Positions 1-11,989 of a stretch of DNA of 64,000 nucleotides are shown piece by piece. Source of the DNA: Takakia lepidozioides (taxonomy: Eukaryota; Plantae; Bryophyta); assembly GCA_030704615.1 (NCBI GenBank), contig CM060733.1, forward strand, positions 67,456,001-67,520,000, in the 5' to 3' direction. How positions within the stretch are numbered: position 1 is the stretch's first letter; each line of letters opens with the position of its first letter. The notes beneath the pieces are model-generated. The model was not told the origin of the DNA, did not search any database, and saw only the letters and a program-made list of their open reading frames with translations. Made by a program: the position numbers and the translations under genes.

Positions 1-7
1 CTTGCAG

Positions 8-166
8 ATTCAAAGGCTTGGACATATGAGGTCGGATAGGGAGGACGATTCCAGCACTGATCATGGCAACGGTGGTGAAGTCGAGGGTGACCCGAATTTT
101 CAACCCATCGGAGCATTAGGATTAGGATCTTCTTCGTCCCGCCGTCGAAGCCATAGAAGGAATTGA
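8..166 (+). CDS. Probable terminal exon of an upstream gene (acidic/Ser-Arg-rich tail), product unknown
   Basis: ttgcag acceptor at 2-7 followed by open frame IQRLGHMRSDREDDSSTDHGNGGEVEGD...SSSRRRSHRRN-stop. Confidence 0.3.
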   Translation: MQRLGHMRSDREDDSSTDHGNGGEVEGDPNFQPIGALGLGSSSSRRRSHRRN

Positions 167-432
167 AGCAAAGATGTAGGCATGCATCCGCACTTTTTAG
201 TGGACATGTTTATATTTCTGTACTGAAGTAATACCAATGTGATCATTGTCACTATGAGTATTTGTATTGTTGTTGTGTATGTGTTGGAAAATAAAAGATG
301 TTGCCCATGTGTATACCAGCCTAAATGTCGGCCAAAGGCACCGTCACTTGCTCATGTTTGTGTTCGATGATTTGCTTGTGGAATGGAGAACAATTGTGTC
401 ATGCTTCCAACTGTGCATTCATTTTTATTTAA

Positions 433-1922
433 ATGGAGCGGCCGCCAAGGTGGCGGTCGCTTCTACTAAGTGTGACCTGCGCAGGGAGCGAGGAGTGAGG
501 CGGGGGGGAGGGGGCGACCACCTATGTTGGCGGTCGTTTATTTTTTTCTAAGTTTTTGAAAATGAAGCGACCGCCTATGTTAGCGGTCGCTTATTTATTT
601 TAAATATTTTGAAAATGAAGCGACCGCCTATGCTGGCGGTCGCTTATTTTTTTTATTTTTTTTAAAATGAAGCGACCGCCTATGTTGGCGGTCACTTATT
701 TTTTTTAAAGTTTTTGAAAATGAAGCGACCGCCTATGTTGGCGGTCGCTTATTTATTTTAATTATTTTTAAATGAAGCGACCGCCAATGTTGGCGGTCAC
801 TTATTTATTTTGAATTTTTTAAAATGCAGCGACCGCCTATGTTGGCGGTCGCTTATTTTTTTTATTTGCCGAAAATGGAGCGACCGCCTGTTGTGGCGGT
901 CGTTTTTTTTTTTTCCTCGGAAAATGGAGCGACCGCCAGTTCTGGCGGTCGCTTATTTTTTATTTTCTGAAAAATCGAGCGACCGCCAAGTTGGCGGTCA
1001 TTTCTAGAAGATTCGCCCTGCATGTGGCCCGAGAAATGAGGGCGGAGGAGGATATAAGCCAAGGGAGGCTTATTCTCCCCTCACTTCCTCTCCACACAAC
1101 TTCTGTGTACGTGGCATTTCATTATTCCACAACACGTAGTCACGTGGAGAACGAGGCCATTAGTTGGGTGGGGGGTATTTTTTGCCGCGATTTCTGTGAG
1201 GTCGTTGCAGAATGCTCCCATAGGCCCTCCTGTGTTCCAAGATCATTTTATTCTACAAAATTAGCTTTTAGGAATTATTTTGACACCTACTCAAACCTAC
1301 TTAACGGGGGAAGGGTTTAAATTATTTTGGAAATGAAGCGACTGCCATTACTGGCGGTCGCTTTTATTTTAATTATTTTGGAAATGAAGCGAGAGCCGTT
1401 ACTGGCGGTCGTTTTTTTGTTTTTTGGAGGAAAATGGAGTGACCGCCATTAGGGGCGATCGCCGCTATTGTTGTTTTTTGTAATTGCAGCGACCGCCATT
1501 AGTGGCGGTCGATTTTTTTAAAAATTTGGTTGGAAATGAAGCGACCGCCATTACTGACGGTCGCTTTTATTTAAATGTTTTTGAAAATGAAGCGACCGCC
1601 ATTGCAAGCGGTCGCTTCTGTATATTTTGGAGGAAAATCGAGCGACCACCATTACGGGCGGTCGCCGCAATTGTTTTGTTTTTTGTAAATCCAGCGACCG
1701 CCACTACTGGCGGTCGCTTTTATTAAAAATTTGTTGGAAATGGAGTAACCGCCATGACTGGTGGTCGTTTTTATTTTAATTGTTTTGAAAATCAAACGAC
1801 CGCCGTTATTGGCGGTCGTTTTTATTTTAATATTTTTGAAAATGAAGCGACCTCCTATGTTGGCGTTCGGTTATTTATTTTATTTTCGGACAATGGAGCG
1901 ACCGCCAAGTTGGCGGTCGCTT
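433..1922. repeat. Array of about 20 palindromic units AAATG(A/G)AGCGACCGCC-N4-6-GGCGGTCGCTT separated by A/T-rich spacers
   Basis: Directly visible, e.g. aatgaagcgaccgcctatgttggcggtc recurring about every 50-55 bp; interrupted by a non-array block at 1004-1312. Confidence 0.95.
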
Positions 1923-2240
1923 CTAGAAGATTCGCCCTGCATGTGGCCCGAGGAATGAGGGGGGGCCGGGGGGCGGGGGATATAAGCCAAGAGAGGCTCA
2001 TTCTCCTCTCACTTCCTCTCCACACAACTTCTGTGTGCGTGTCATTTCATTATTCCATGACACGTAGTCACGTAGAGAAAGAGGCCATTGGTTGGGTGGG
2101 AGGTATATTTTGCCGTGATTTCTGTAAGGTCGTTGCAGAATGCTCCCATAGGCCCTCATTTGGCTTCCAGGATCATTTTATTCTACAATTAGCTTTTAGG
2201 AACTATTTTGACACCTACTCAAACCTACTTAACGGGGGAA
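1004..2240. repeat. Direct duplication (1004-1312 approx. equal to 1922-2238) within a roughly 0.92-kb tandem unit
   Basis: tctagaagattcgccctgcatgtggcccgag...gacacctactcaaacctacttaacggggga occurs twice; ORFs 991-1320 and 1754-2248 are near-identical translations. Confidence 0.9.
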
Positions 2241-2532
2241 TGGCTTAGAGTTACGTCTTATTAGAAAACCTCGTTTAGTGTTGCTCCGATTGTTGCAGAA
2301 TGGCAGAGGGCCAGGACAATGACCGTCATGGAAGAGATGATCCCAATGAACATGGACCGCCTCCTAAGAAAATCAAATGGTCAAGGCAAGACTTGAATCG
2401 GGAAGTATATGGTGATCTTAGCATACTAGCAGAAGAGGGCTGGGATGATGTTCTGGAATAGTTCCGGTGGCCGATGGCGAGATGCAAAAAAATCGTGAAA
2501 TGGTACCACATCCTTCTCTTATCCGCAATTCG

Positions 2533-3279
2533 CTATTCCTCAACCATGGTTTCATCGGCTACATGGTCAAGGACGTCCGTAATTTCGCGAATGATGAGGT
2601 CAATACTGCGATCGGGCATCGCAAACTCCGCGTCCATGTCCACAACGTTTGTTCGATCCTCATTGTGGACAACAGTGTCTTCATTGTTTGGAGGCATGTC
2701 TTGCAATCTAACTTCCAACTCGGCTATGCGCAGTGTTTGCCAGTCTAGTCGGTCCTGCAGGGTCCTGATTCGCTGGTATCTTTCCGCCAGTTGTTCCTCT
2801 AACGTTGCAGTCGATTGTATTCCGAACGTGTCCGGGATGTACTCCAAATCGTATAGTAACCTTGCGTTCCTCCTACTAGCAGTTTGTCAATTCACTGGAC
2901 GTAAGAGTATGACCTCCGCGTATAACATGGCTGCCAAGGTGTACGGGATTTGGCCCTTTAAGAGAGGTTGACCCCACAATGTGCAATGCACCTCATTTGC
3001 CCTATGCTGGAAATGCAAGTTCGTGCAAGACCTGGACTCTGCGTAATTGTTTCGGGTTTGCACGTCATGCCTATCCAAAGGCCACAATCGATGGGGGGGA
3101 GCGCGTCGATGGGGAGGCAAATGATTTATTCGTCTGTTGTGTCTCTGCACGTGTTCAAGCACATGCGAGCAAAAGAGGGGCTTCAACCACATCCGTTCAA
3201 TGGGTGCAATAGCCGTGCACGCATTGCAGGATTTTTTTTTCGCATTGAACAAAAACCAGATGACAAGTGAACGCCTCAT
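2533..3279 (-). pseudogene. Decayed ORF: Cys/His-containing N-terminal part plus coiled-coil/acidic C-terminal part, function unknown
   Basis: ORFs 2887-3279 and 2533-2847 are in one frame separated by a single stop; heptad-like LEEQLAERYQRIRTLQDRLDWQTLRIAELEVRL. Confidence 0.35.
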
Positions 3280-3293
3280 TGGACAATCGAACG

Positions 3294-5422
3294 AATTTTG
3301 GTTGGTCTCGTATTATATTGGGACGTATTAGAGGGTATATTGGACACACTGGCCAAGTTTTGAAGCGAACGAAAATTGGATGGGCAACCATCCGTTGGCC
3401 AATTGACCTCATATTACTCTGGGGCCTCTTACATGGCACATTGAACATAGTGGCCAAGACTCAAAGCGAACCAAAATCATTTCAATGGCCAACCATCCGT
3501 TGAGCCATCGAATGAATTTCGATTGATCTGATTTTAGTCCGGGACCTGATACATGGTATGTTGAACATAGTGGCAAAGATTGAAAGCAAACGAAAATCAT
3601 TTGGATGGGCAACCATTCAATCGTCCATTGAATGAATGGGGTTTCGTCTTCGATTATACTGGGACCTGTTACATGGTATGCCATTTGAAGCTCTTTTTGT
3701 AGCGTCTCCTGCCTCGTAATGCGGTGCTTCTCCATATCCACTTTATCCAATATGTTGATATTCTCCACCTGGAACAGATCCACATATGTGTGCAGAAATC
3801 CTTAAAAAAACAAATGACCATCTCCACTTTTATAACCCTTATCCCCAGCTTCCAGTTTTGATGGTCATTTGGTTTTTTAAATCTTTATATACGCATGTGT
3901 GGATATGTTCCAGATGGAAGATATTAACATTGGAAAAATAAGAGTTGGAAAATCACCTCATTACAAAGCAAGAGACATTACAGAAGACCTCAGCATGTTG
4001 AGCATATGGATGAAGAACCTTGCCCATCGTCGCTTCAAAGTTCTAGCGCTTCTGAAATGATCACATGTTTATTGGTGGAAGCAGATCTCGTAGGCCACAC
4101 TAATCTCGTACCCATCGAAGACTTCCGTAGGCCACATGGAACGGTTCATGTGATACATTTTCACAAATGCGATATGATACATTTGTGAAATGCTATCACA
4201 TCAACCGTTTAATGTTGCCAATGCACCTCTTCCGCACCATGGCGAAAATGTTCGCCACTTGAAAGCACGAACACAAATAATCCGTGCAAACAATCTCAAG
4301 AATCATATGTACTGCAAGATGTTTCATACTGCCGATGTTTATGTAGCTGAATTCTTTAGGAATCATTTTGCTACTCCCATGCCAACAACATTAGGTCCAT
4401 TGCGACTGTCATATTCCGAATTCCGTATCAGCCACCACGGACATGAAACCAGGAACTTCACACAAAATCTCCAATTCATTCAATTTATGGTGGGCCATGG
4501 TTGCAGCCTGCAAGCTGGCCGGGGTGGCTGATACGTCCGTTTGAAAATGACAGTCTCAGATGACGTTGGCATGGGAATAGCAAAAAAAATACTACAGAGT
4601 TCAGCTAGAGGAACAACAATAGCATGAAACATGGCAATGTCCCGCTTATTTGTAACGCGGTCGACATCTATAGGTTTGCACTGCCTTTCATTGGGGGTTT
4701 CTGGCACGTATCGATTTTGTTTTTTGCTCAATTTTGTTGTGCGGCTTTCAGCATCCCACCGCTACTCTCCCGCCAAAATTTGGATCAATAAAAAATATCC
4801 CCCCAAAAAAGTGTTCTCTTCGCTCACTATTACAGAACTCTCTACAAAGAGTGCATGAAGTAGAACACAAATCAAGTTTGGAGTGCAAAACAGGGAAGAA
4901 ACTGTGGTTTTGGGTCCAAATGAATTTTGATCGCTCCCAAATTTGGCATGCACGTTGCATATGGCTACATTACATGCCCCATTCAAAAACAGAATGAAAA
5001 AAAAATCGTGAGCATGCGAAACATAGTCCAACAAGTCCCAAAGCAATAGTAGATCCAACGGAATACATTCAACGGGTGAACGGATAATTGCCCATCCAAA
5101 TCATTTTTTCTAAACTTTGCCAGTACGTCCGAGACACCCTTTCACAGGTCCCGGACTAATATCAGATTAATCAAAATTCATTCGATGGCTCAACGGACGG
5201 ATGGTTGGCCATCGAAATGATTTTGGTTCGCTTTGAGACTTGGCCACTATGTTCAATGTGCCATGTAAGAGGCCCCAAAGTAATATGAAATCAATCGAAA
5301 TTCGTTCAATGGGCCAACGGATGGTTGCCCATCCAAATGATTTTCATTTGCTTTGAAACTTTGCCAGTGTGTTCAATGTATCCTTTGATACGTGCCAATG
5401 TAATATGAGATCAATCGAAATT
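3294..5422. repeat. Pair of long inverted repeats (about 3294-3680 and 5060-5422), each built of roughly 120-bp tandem subunits
   Basis: ggggcctcttacatggcacattgaacatagtggccaag (3421) is the reverse complement of cttggccactatgttcaatgtgccatgtaagaggcccc (5239); similarity extends over more than 300 bp. Confidence 0.85.
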
Positions 5423-7779
5423 ATTTTGTGCTTTGAGAACTTTGTGGGTATGTTCGTAGAAAGATCATAGATTTTGCGAAATGATTATGAAATACGCAGG
5501 GACCAGGCAAAATTTGTTTAGAAGACGACCATTCGTAACTCGTTATAACTTATTGGTTAACATCAATTTTCCTCGTTCTCCAGCTTTCAGAGTTCATTGC
5601 AAATACCCACATACACGTCATGACCAAATATGACACCATTGTAAATTTGTTTAGAGGGTGAAGTACTTCTTCCTCATCACACGAGTGTAAATGTGAAGAA
5701 AACGCTGCTCATGCAATTGAAATTGGCAGGTGCCGCACATATGCATTGTGTATTAACAAAATTGGTGATATACAAAATTGACGAAATGCCATCACTGTGT
5801 TTTCCAACAATATTCAAGGTACAACAAAAATGCATATTGTATATGTACTACGCTGCCAGTCATTAAAAGCCTAGTCGTCACTGTCTGAGGACAAGGACTT
5901 TGAGCATGCAAATCGGTAACGAGGCCGTCCACATCCGGCAATAGAGCCCCCGAAACACGATGATAACGGTCTGTCCATAGTCGTCTCCATTTCTCTACAA
6001 CTGCCTTGATGGTACTTTTGAAACTTTCCAACTGCCTCTCGTGGGCCCTGTCCCTAATCATTGTGTCGTTTCGACGATAAGCCGCCTCGTACGCCTTATT
6101 CATTCGGCGTTGACATATTATAGCATCTTCTAGTTCGGACAGCACAAATGTCTCCCAATCGGTTGTCGGTCATACAATTCGTTCTCTTCCGGCACCCATG
6201 GAACCTGTGGGAGCCGGATTAACCTCGACTTTCTTTGACTCCAATGCCCTCCCAGATTGCGGCAAAACTGCTCTCTCTCCCACCAATCTCGAATGCCTCC
6301 TGCACGTATGGTTATCTCCCAGTCACATGTGACCCAGAAATACTGGGGATCTTTGATGTATGTCGGGTTTCCGGCATGTACGCCATGCATCTCTCTGTCT
6401 GCATCCCATACCAAGTTCTTGCCCCAATGCACACAATTCAGAAATGTGTACGGTAGTCCATCCAATGGGAGGTTGTGTCGATTGTATTCAAAACCTATGG
6501 GCATCCGATCACTACAACAGATTGCGGCTTTTACGACTCCCATGGGTGCGCAGTCATGACAGATTTGTGGCAGAAATGCCATTTGCAGTCGTAAAATGCT
6601 TTTGAAGTCATAATGCAGGTCTGGGGAAGGCGTATATGCGACTGCATGGCTCCGGACTCTGCGGAACACAGGTCAAACATGTTTGACCACGAATATTGGC
6701 ATGGCAGATATGACTACCAGTCACGGTCATGGCTACACTAGAATGACGTGTGTATATTGCTATAAAGACATATGACTTCATGAATCTCACTCTAATGCAT
6801 TCTGCCAGATCATCACATGGATGAATCACTACATGACTGCACATGTCAACACATGCTTTTCTGGTTATATATAAAATATATGAGTATTTATATTTTGAAA
6901 AAACGGAGACTCTGACCACTAGAATCAATTTTTTTTTTAAACAAAATGCAATTTTAATAATAATAAAAACACATCGGCTGGTAAGTGCACAGTGTGTCGC
7001 CCTGGTGGTTTGGGGTTCAAACCCGCTGCCTTATCCCGTGTGTGGGATTGTTCGTGACAGTATGTTTGGGCGTTGATCGTCCTGTACGTCTTATGGCCCA
7101 CAAATGAAGGCGGGTGAATTTTCCCCCCTCCTCAAGGACCTATGGTTTCCTTTAAGAAAAGAAAAAAAAGAAAAAAAATTAAAGAGGGGCTTTTAGGGTT
7201 TACAAAAAGGTTAAAAAACTTAAAAAGTTGCCCATCACGGTAGCGTGAACAGACTTAGAGCGAGCGGGAGGGAGAGAGAGAGAGGGTTGGGACTTAGAGC
7301 GAGCGAGCGGGAGAGAGGGCAAACATGCATGGGAGGCCCGCAGTTGGATCAACCTTCGCATTTGGAGCAAGCAACCCTAGAAACGCTACGGTATGTGTGC
7401 GAGGAGGTTTCGGCTGGGAGCCCGCCGTTCTTGGGAGAGTCAGCTTCGTCTTAGCAGGCCGTGTTTCAATCTCTACCCGCTCGGCCCTGATTTTACAGCA
7501 CGGAGCAGAGCTGGCATGAGTTTCTAAAAGATCCTTCAGGATGGTGGGACAACCGCAATCGCAAGGTGTGGCTTTTTCTTAATGTACGATGTGAAGAAGT
7601 TTGTCCATCCTGCAAATGTGGGTTGTTGGCTCCTGTTAGTACCATGATTTGGTATTCTTCCTGATGTTTACAAGGTTCTTGGGAGAGTTAGCTTGGTCTT
7701 AGCAGGCCGTGTTTCAATCTCTGCCCACTCAGCTGCACCGTGGTGGTTCTCACTGACCAATCCGACATTACCTGACTAC

Positions 7780-10075
7780 AGAAACAAGTAGATGGTCAAT
7801 TGGAAGCCGCAGCAGCAGCAGCACAATTGATACAATCAAGCACTGCTAATGAAGGCACCTTCTGAAACACATTTCACCCTATTTTCCCCTCTTATCAGAA
7901 TCGGCCCTAAATTTTCATGTTCAATTCTGCAAGTTAGCTGGTTGAGTGAATCGAGTTGGAGTGACTTTGACATGATACTGCCAATGTGACAAGAGTATGC
8001 ATTGAACCCATTGGTAGCGGGATATTGGGATATCTCTTGGTCATGTGCCATCGTCAAAGCTGAAACTGTACTAGTTGTCATTCTGACCACTGCCCTAGTG
8101 GACATGTATGCCAAATGTGGGTGCAGCAAGCCTGATGCAAAGGGAGAGTTCGACAACATGGCTAAATGAGATGTGGTGTTGTGGACTGCCATGATTGTAA
8201 GGTGTGTGTAGCATAGGTGTGGGAGTAAGGCTTTGGAAACCTAAGAACAAATGATGTGGGAAAGGATGAAGCCAAACCAGGTCATGTTCATTTGTGTTTG
8301 TTAATATGCATATGCGAGCCTAGCAGCCCTGGGAAGGGGCCAAGAGGTTCATGGTGACATCATCAAAGCTGGAATTGTACCTGATGTCATTCTGAACATT
8401 CCCTGGTGTACATGTATGTCAAATGCGAGCCTGGTAGCCCTGGAAAGGACGCAAAGGTCCATTATCAAATCTGGAATTGTACCACTAGATGTCACTCTAA
8501 ACACTGCCTTGGTGGATATGTATGTCAAATGCACGCCTGGCAGCCCTGAAAAAGGGTACAGAGGTCCACGGTGATATTGTCAAAGCTGGTATTGTATTTG
8601 ATGTGATTCTAAACGTTGCCGTAGTGGACATGTATGCCAAGGTTGCAGGGTGCAACTACAAGGATACATGGTTGTTTTGATAATATGGCTGAATGAGATG
8701 TGGTACCAGCCTAGCCCATAATTGCACTTACCTAGAGTAGGCAATGAGTGAAGACGGGGTTTGTGATGTTGATCGTCCAAGCTGGAATTAAACAAATGTT
8801 GTTCTGAACTATGCCCTTGTGGACTTGTATGCCAAATTGGGGTGCATGGAGGATGATGATCCCAGGATATGCACAATAGCGGCACGGAATGGAGGCCCTT
8901 TGGAGAGGTCTATGAGCAAGTGGTGTGGGAAGGGATACTGCAGCGCAACCACATCGCGTTTGTTACATTTGCAACAGGTGTGCAAGCCTGGCAGCCCTGC
9001 AAAATAGCAAAGAGGTTCGTGGTGGAATTGTACTAGATGTCGATCTGAACTTTGACATGATGCCAATGTGACAACAGGAAAGTATCCAGAAATAGGTCAC
9101 AGAGACGAGGAGAAGTTGTGGAATGGTGGGACAACCGAGGGAAAAAGGTTAATGCCTGTTAGATTATAGAGGGCAGACGCAATTCAGCATAGGAACTAGT
9201 GTGATAAGCTGAGTTGGGTGTTTCCTAGAACAAATGTAGGCTGTCATTATCAGCTGCAAGGCAAGGAAGTATGCATGATTTGTGCAGAAGCAGTGATAGC
9301 TGAAAGAGCAGGGATAGAGTATGGGTCCAGATTCATCCAAGAGGGCCAGATTTCAAGGACATGATTACCTATGATTACCTGTGGATTTAGCTATAAGAAA
9401 CCTGCATGGGTAGATGGTGAACTGGAAGCCGCAGGAGTAGCAGCACAATTGATAAAATCAAGCACTACTAATAAAGGCACCTTCTTCAACACATTTCACC
9501 CTGTTTTTCCCTCTTATCAGAATCGGCCCTAAATTTCAATGTCTGCAAGTTAGCTGGTTGAGTGAATCTAGTTTGGAGTGACTTTGACATGATATTGCCA
9601 ATGTGACAACAGGAAAGTATCGAAAAACAGTTAACGGAAATGAGGGGAAGATGTGGAATGAATACTTTTCTGACCCTAGTCAATGGTGGGACAACCGAGG
9701 CAAAAAGGTAAATGCCTGTTGGATTACAGAGAGTAACAGATGCAATTGAGAATAGGAACTAGTGTGGTAAGTTGAGTTGGGTGTTTGCTGGAACAAATGT
9801 AGGCTGTCATTGTCAGCTGCTAACAGCAATGCAAGGATATATGCATGATCTATGCAGAGGCATGGATAGCTGAAGGAGCAGGGATAGAGTGTGGGTCCAG
9901 ATCATCCAAGAAAGCCGGATTTCAAGCTCCAGATTACCTATGATTCCTTGTGGAAGGATAGCTACAAGAAACCTGCATGGGTAGATGGTCATGGGTAGAT
10001 GGTAGATAGTTTGGAGTGACTTTGATATGATACTGCCAAAGTGACAATAAAAAAATATCCATAAACAAGTAACAG
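7780..10075. repeat. Internal direct duplications in the CACTA element (7780-7990 approx. 9400-9610; 9050-9420 approx. 9590-9990)
   Basis: Shared strings such as acacatttcaccct...cctcttatcagaatcggccctaaattt and aatggtgggacaaccgagg...gaacaaatgtaggctgtcatt. Confidence 0.85.
8040..9050 (+). pseudogene. Fragments of PLS-class pentatricopeptide repeat (PPR) coding sequence
   Basis: Repeated TALVDMYAKCG...DA..EFDNM..DVVLWTAMI and ASLAAL..G.EVHGDIIKAGIVPDV motifs with stops and frameshifts. Confidence 0.85.
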
Positions 10076-11385
10076 TAGCAGATGCAATTCAGCACAGGCA
10101 CTAAGGCAAACTCTCCTTCCCCGCAAGGGTGTGTTTTGGTATCTGAGCGAATAAATATTTTATCTAAGAATATAATTTCAAAAATTCGTTATTTAATAAT
10201 GTGCCACTGTCCCATGTTGGTCAGTAATAATAATTATAATAACAAATAATTATAATAATTATTTTAGTAATTATAATAACAATAAAGTAAATCTACAACC
10301 CCCAACAGCGACGCGTGTCAGTTAACATGAGGAACAACGTGTCAAAATCATGATGCGACACATGCTGACGTCTGATTCCCTCCTCTGCAGTCGGATGGCG
10401 TCGCAGTCTGACACGTGGCGTGTTCTGTAGAGAGCACGTGTCTCTATTACACAGCGGCTGACATGGACCCGTTCAGTCATTCAGTAATGCCAGCGTGTAT
10501 GACTACCCCCACAGCTGCTCTAGCGCCACGTGACAGCCAGCCTGCAGAGTCATATCTGCCATGTCACAACTGACTAGGTCTTTACGTCTGCAGAGTCAGG
10601 AAGTCGTAAATGGCTTCCATGACTGCATTTGCAGTCATAACACAGAGACGTAAAAGCCGCAATTTGTTGTAGTGGATCCTCCAAGCCCACCAGCTCATAG
10701 AAACGGTGATGGATTGGTGTACAACATTCTGGGCAAGCGTTCGTCCACAAGGCTGTGGGATAAGACATGTGAGATGGAACATATGTCCACATGATCCAAG
10801 CACATGACATCCTTTTAGGCTGTATGGATTCCTACACATCGAACAAACTGTGTCATCTGATATCCATGACGGCAACCCCTCGTGGTATCTCCTCCCTCTG
10901 GGCCGGTTTGATGTGGCTGGTCATCCTTGTTGTGATGTCTCACTCTTCCTCTATCTCCAATTCCCAGTTTATGCTTCTGTTCGACCCCGAAATTTTGTGC
11001 TCACATTGATCGATCATATAATCCACATCTGCCCAATTGGTATACCCGGCAAACACGCTTGATGCGATGCGGAGATCGTTATACCTTTGCATGTTGGCAT
11101 AAATGCTATCCACGCTACGGTTCGACATACGTGTGACACGTTGCAAGCCTGACAGTGCCCGCTCTATCCGTGCTTCTCTAGAGGCCCAATGGGTCGCCCA
11201 TTGTATCAAATTCTCCCAATCGCCATTCAATGGGACCCATGCCTGAATTTCCAGCGTTTTGGATAAGTGTCCTGCTACCGTAAATATGATTGTTGACATT
11301 GGTTATGACAGCTCTAATCAATAGAGAACTTGCATCATCAGTTGCACTCCAGCAGCAGTACCAGTCCCCCGAATAAATAAAATTC

Positions 11386-11904
11386 CCTTGTAAATAATAA
11401 ATTGCATACGCTCGAACCTCACAGATGTCATTTAAACAAAACCGGTCGTATATTGTGGCACTGTTTGTAACTTCGAATGTTTCAATGTTTCAGACAGGGT
11501 ACTGAGAAAATGATATATTGGCTCCATAGAAGTTAGACAACAAACGTTCCATATCTCATTCAACTGTGCGACACTACCATGAGTGGCATGGATAAAAAAG
11601 TAATAAGTGTACATGCAACCTCCGCATGTTTAAATAGACCATTCGCTGGACTTAGTATCAAACGTTCGGAGGTCGCATGTGCACCTATTACTTTCCGATC
11701 CATGCCTCTCATGGTAGTGTCGCACATTTGAATGAGAAGAGACGTTTGTTGTCTAACTCCTACGGAACTAATACATCGTTTTCTCATTACCCTATCCGAA
11801 ATCTTGGAACATTACAAATATAAACAGTGAGCCAGTACACAAACCATTTATGTTGCGATGACAGGTGCCAGGGTCGAGTATATGCAATGTAGTATTTACA
11901 ATGG
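11386..11904. repeat. About 520-bp foldback (MITE-like) with arms of about 245 bp
   Basis: tgtgcgacactaccatgagtggcatggat (about 11565) versus atccatgcctctcatggtagtgtcgcaca (about 11698); pairing continues outward to about 11386/11904. Confidence 0.85.
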
Positions 11905-11989
11905 TATTACCTGCATGATCAAAATTGAGTTATGTCTTCATAAAATAACCATTATACCGCGAGAAATCTTATATCTATGAGACTATGGT

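Larger units (their letters stand above)
6510..10674. mobile_element. Non-autonomous CACTA (En/Spm) element, 4165 bp, with captured PPR fragments
   Basis: TIRs CACTACAACAGATTGCGGCTTTTACG (6510) and CGTAAAAGCCGCAATTTGTTGTAGTG (ends 10674); 3-bp TSD GAT at 6507-6509 and 10675-10677; no transposase ORF seen. Confidence 0.93.
5792..11299 (-). pseudogene. RING-H2 finger protein gene split by the CACTA insertion (segments 11299-10675 and 6509-6130, possibly continuing to 5792)
   Basis: CSMC-x-CGHMFHLTC-x-CPEC across frameshifts at 10850-10710; removing the element and one TSD copy joins VGLED to RMPIGFEY in frame. Confidence 0.8.

Noticed and set aside
433-1922. CRISPR-like look of palindromic repeats with spacers
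   Set aside because: Spacers are low-complexity A/T tracts similar to one another, repeats are degenerate, there are no cas genes and the context is eukaryotic
6510-6669. N-terminus of ORF 6130-6669 (ICHDC...AAICCS) as a Cys domain
   Set aside because: It is read-through into CACTA terminal sequence; the true upstream part lies beyond 10674
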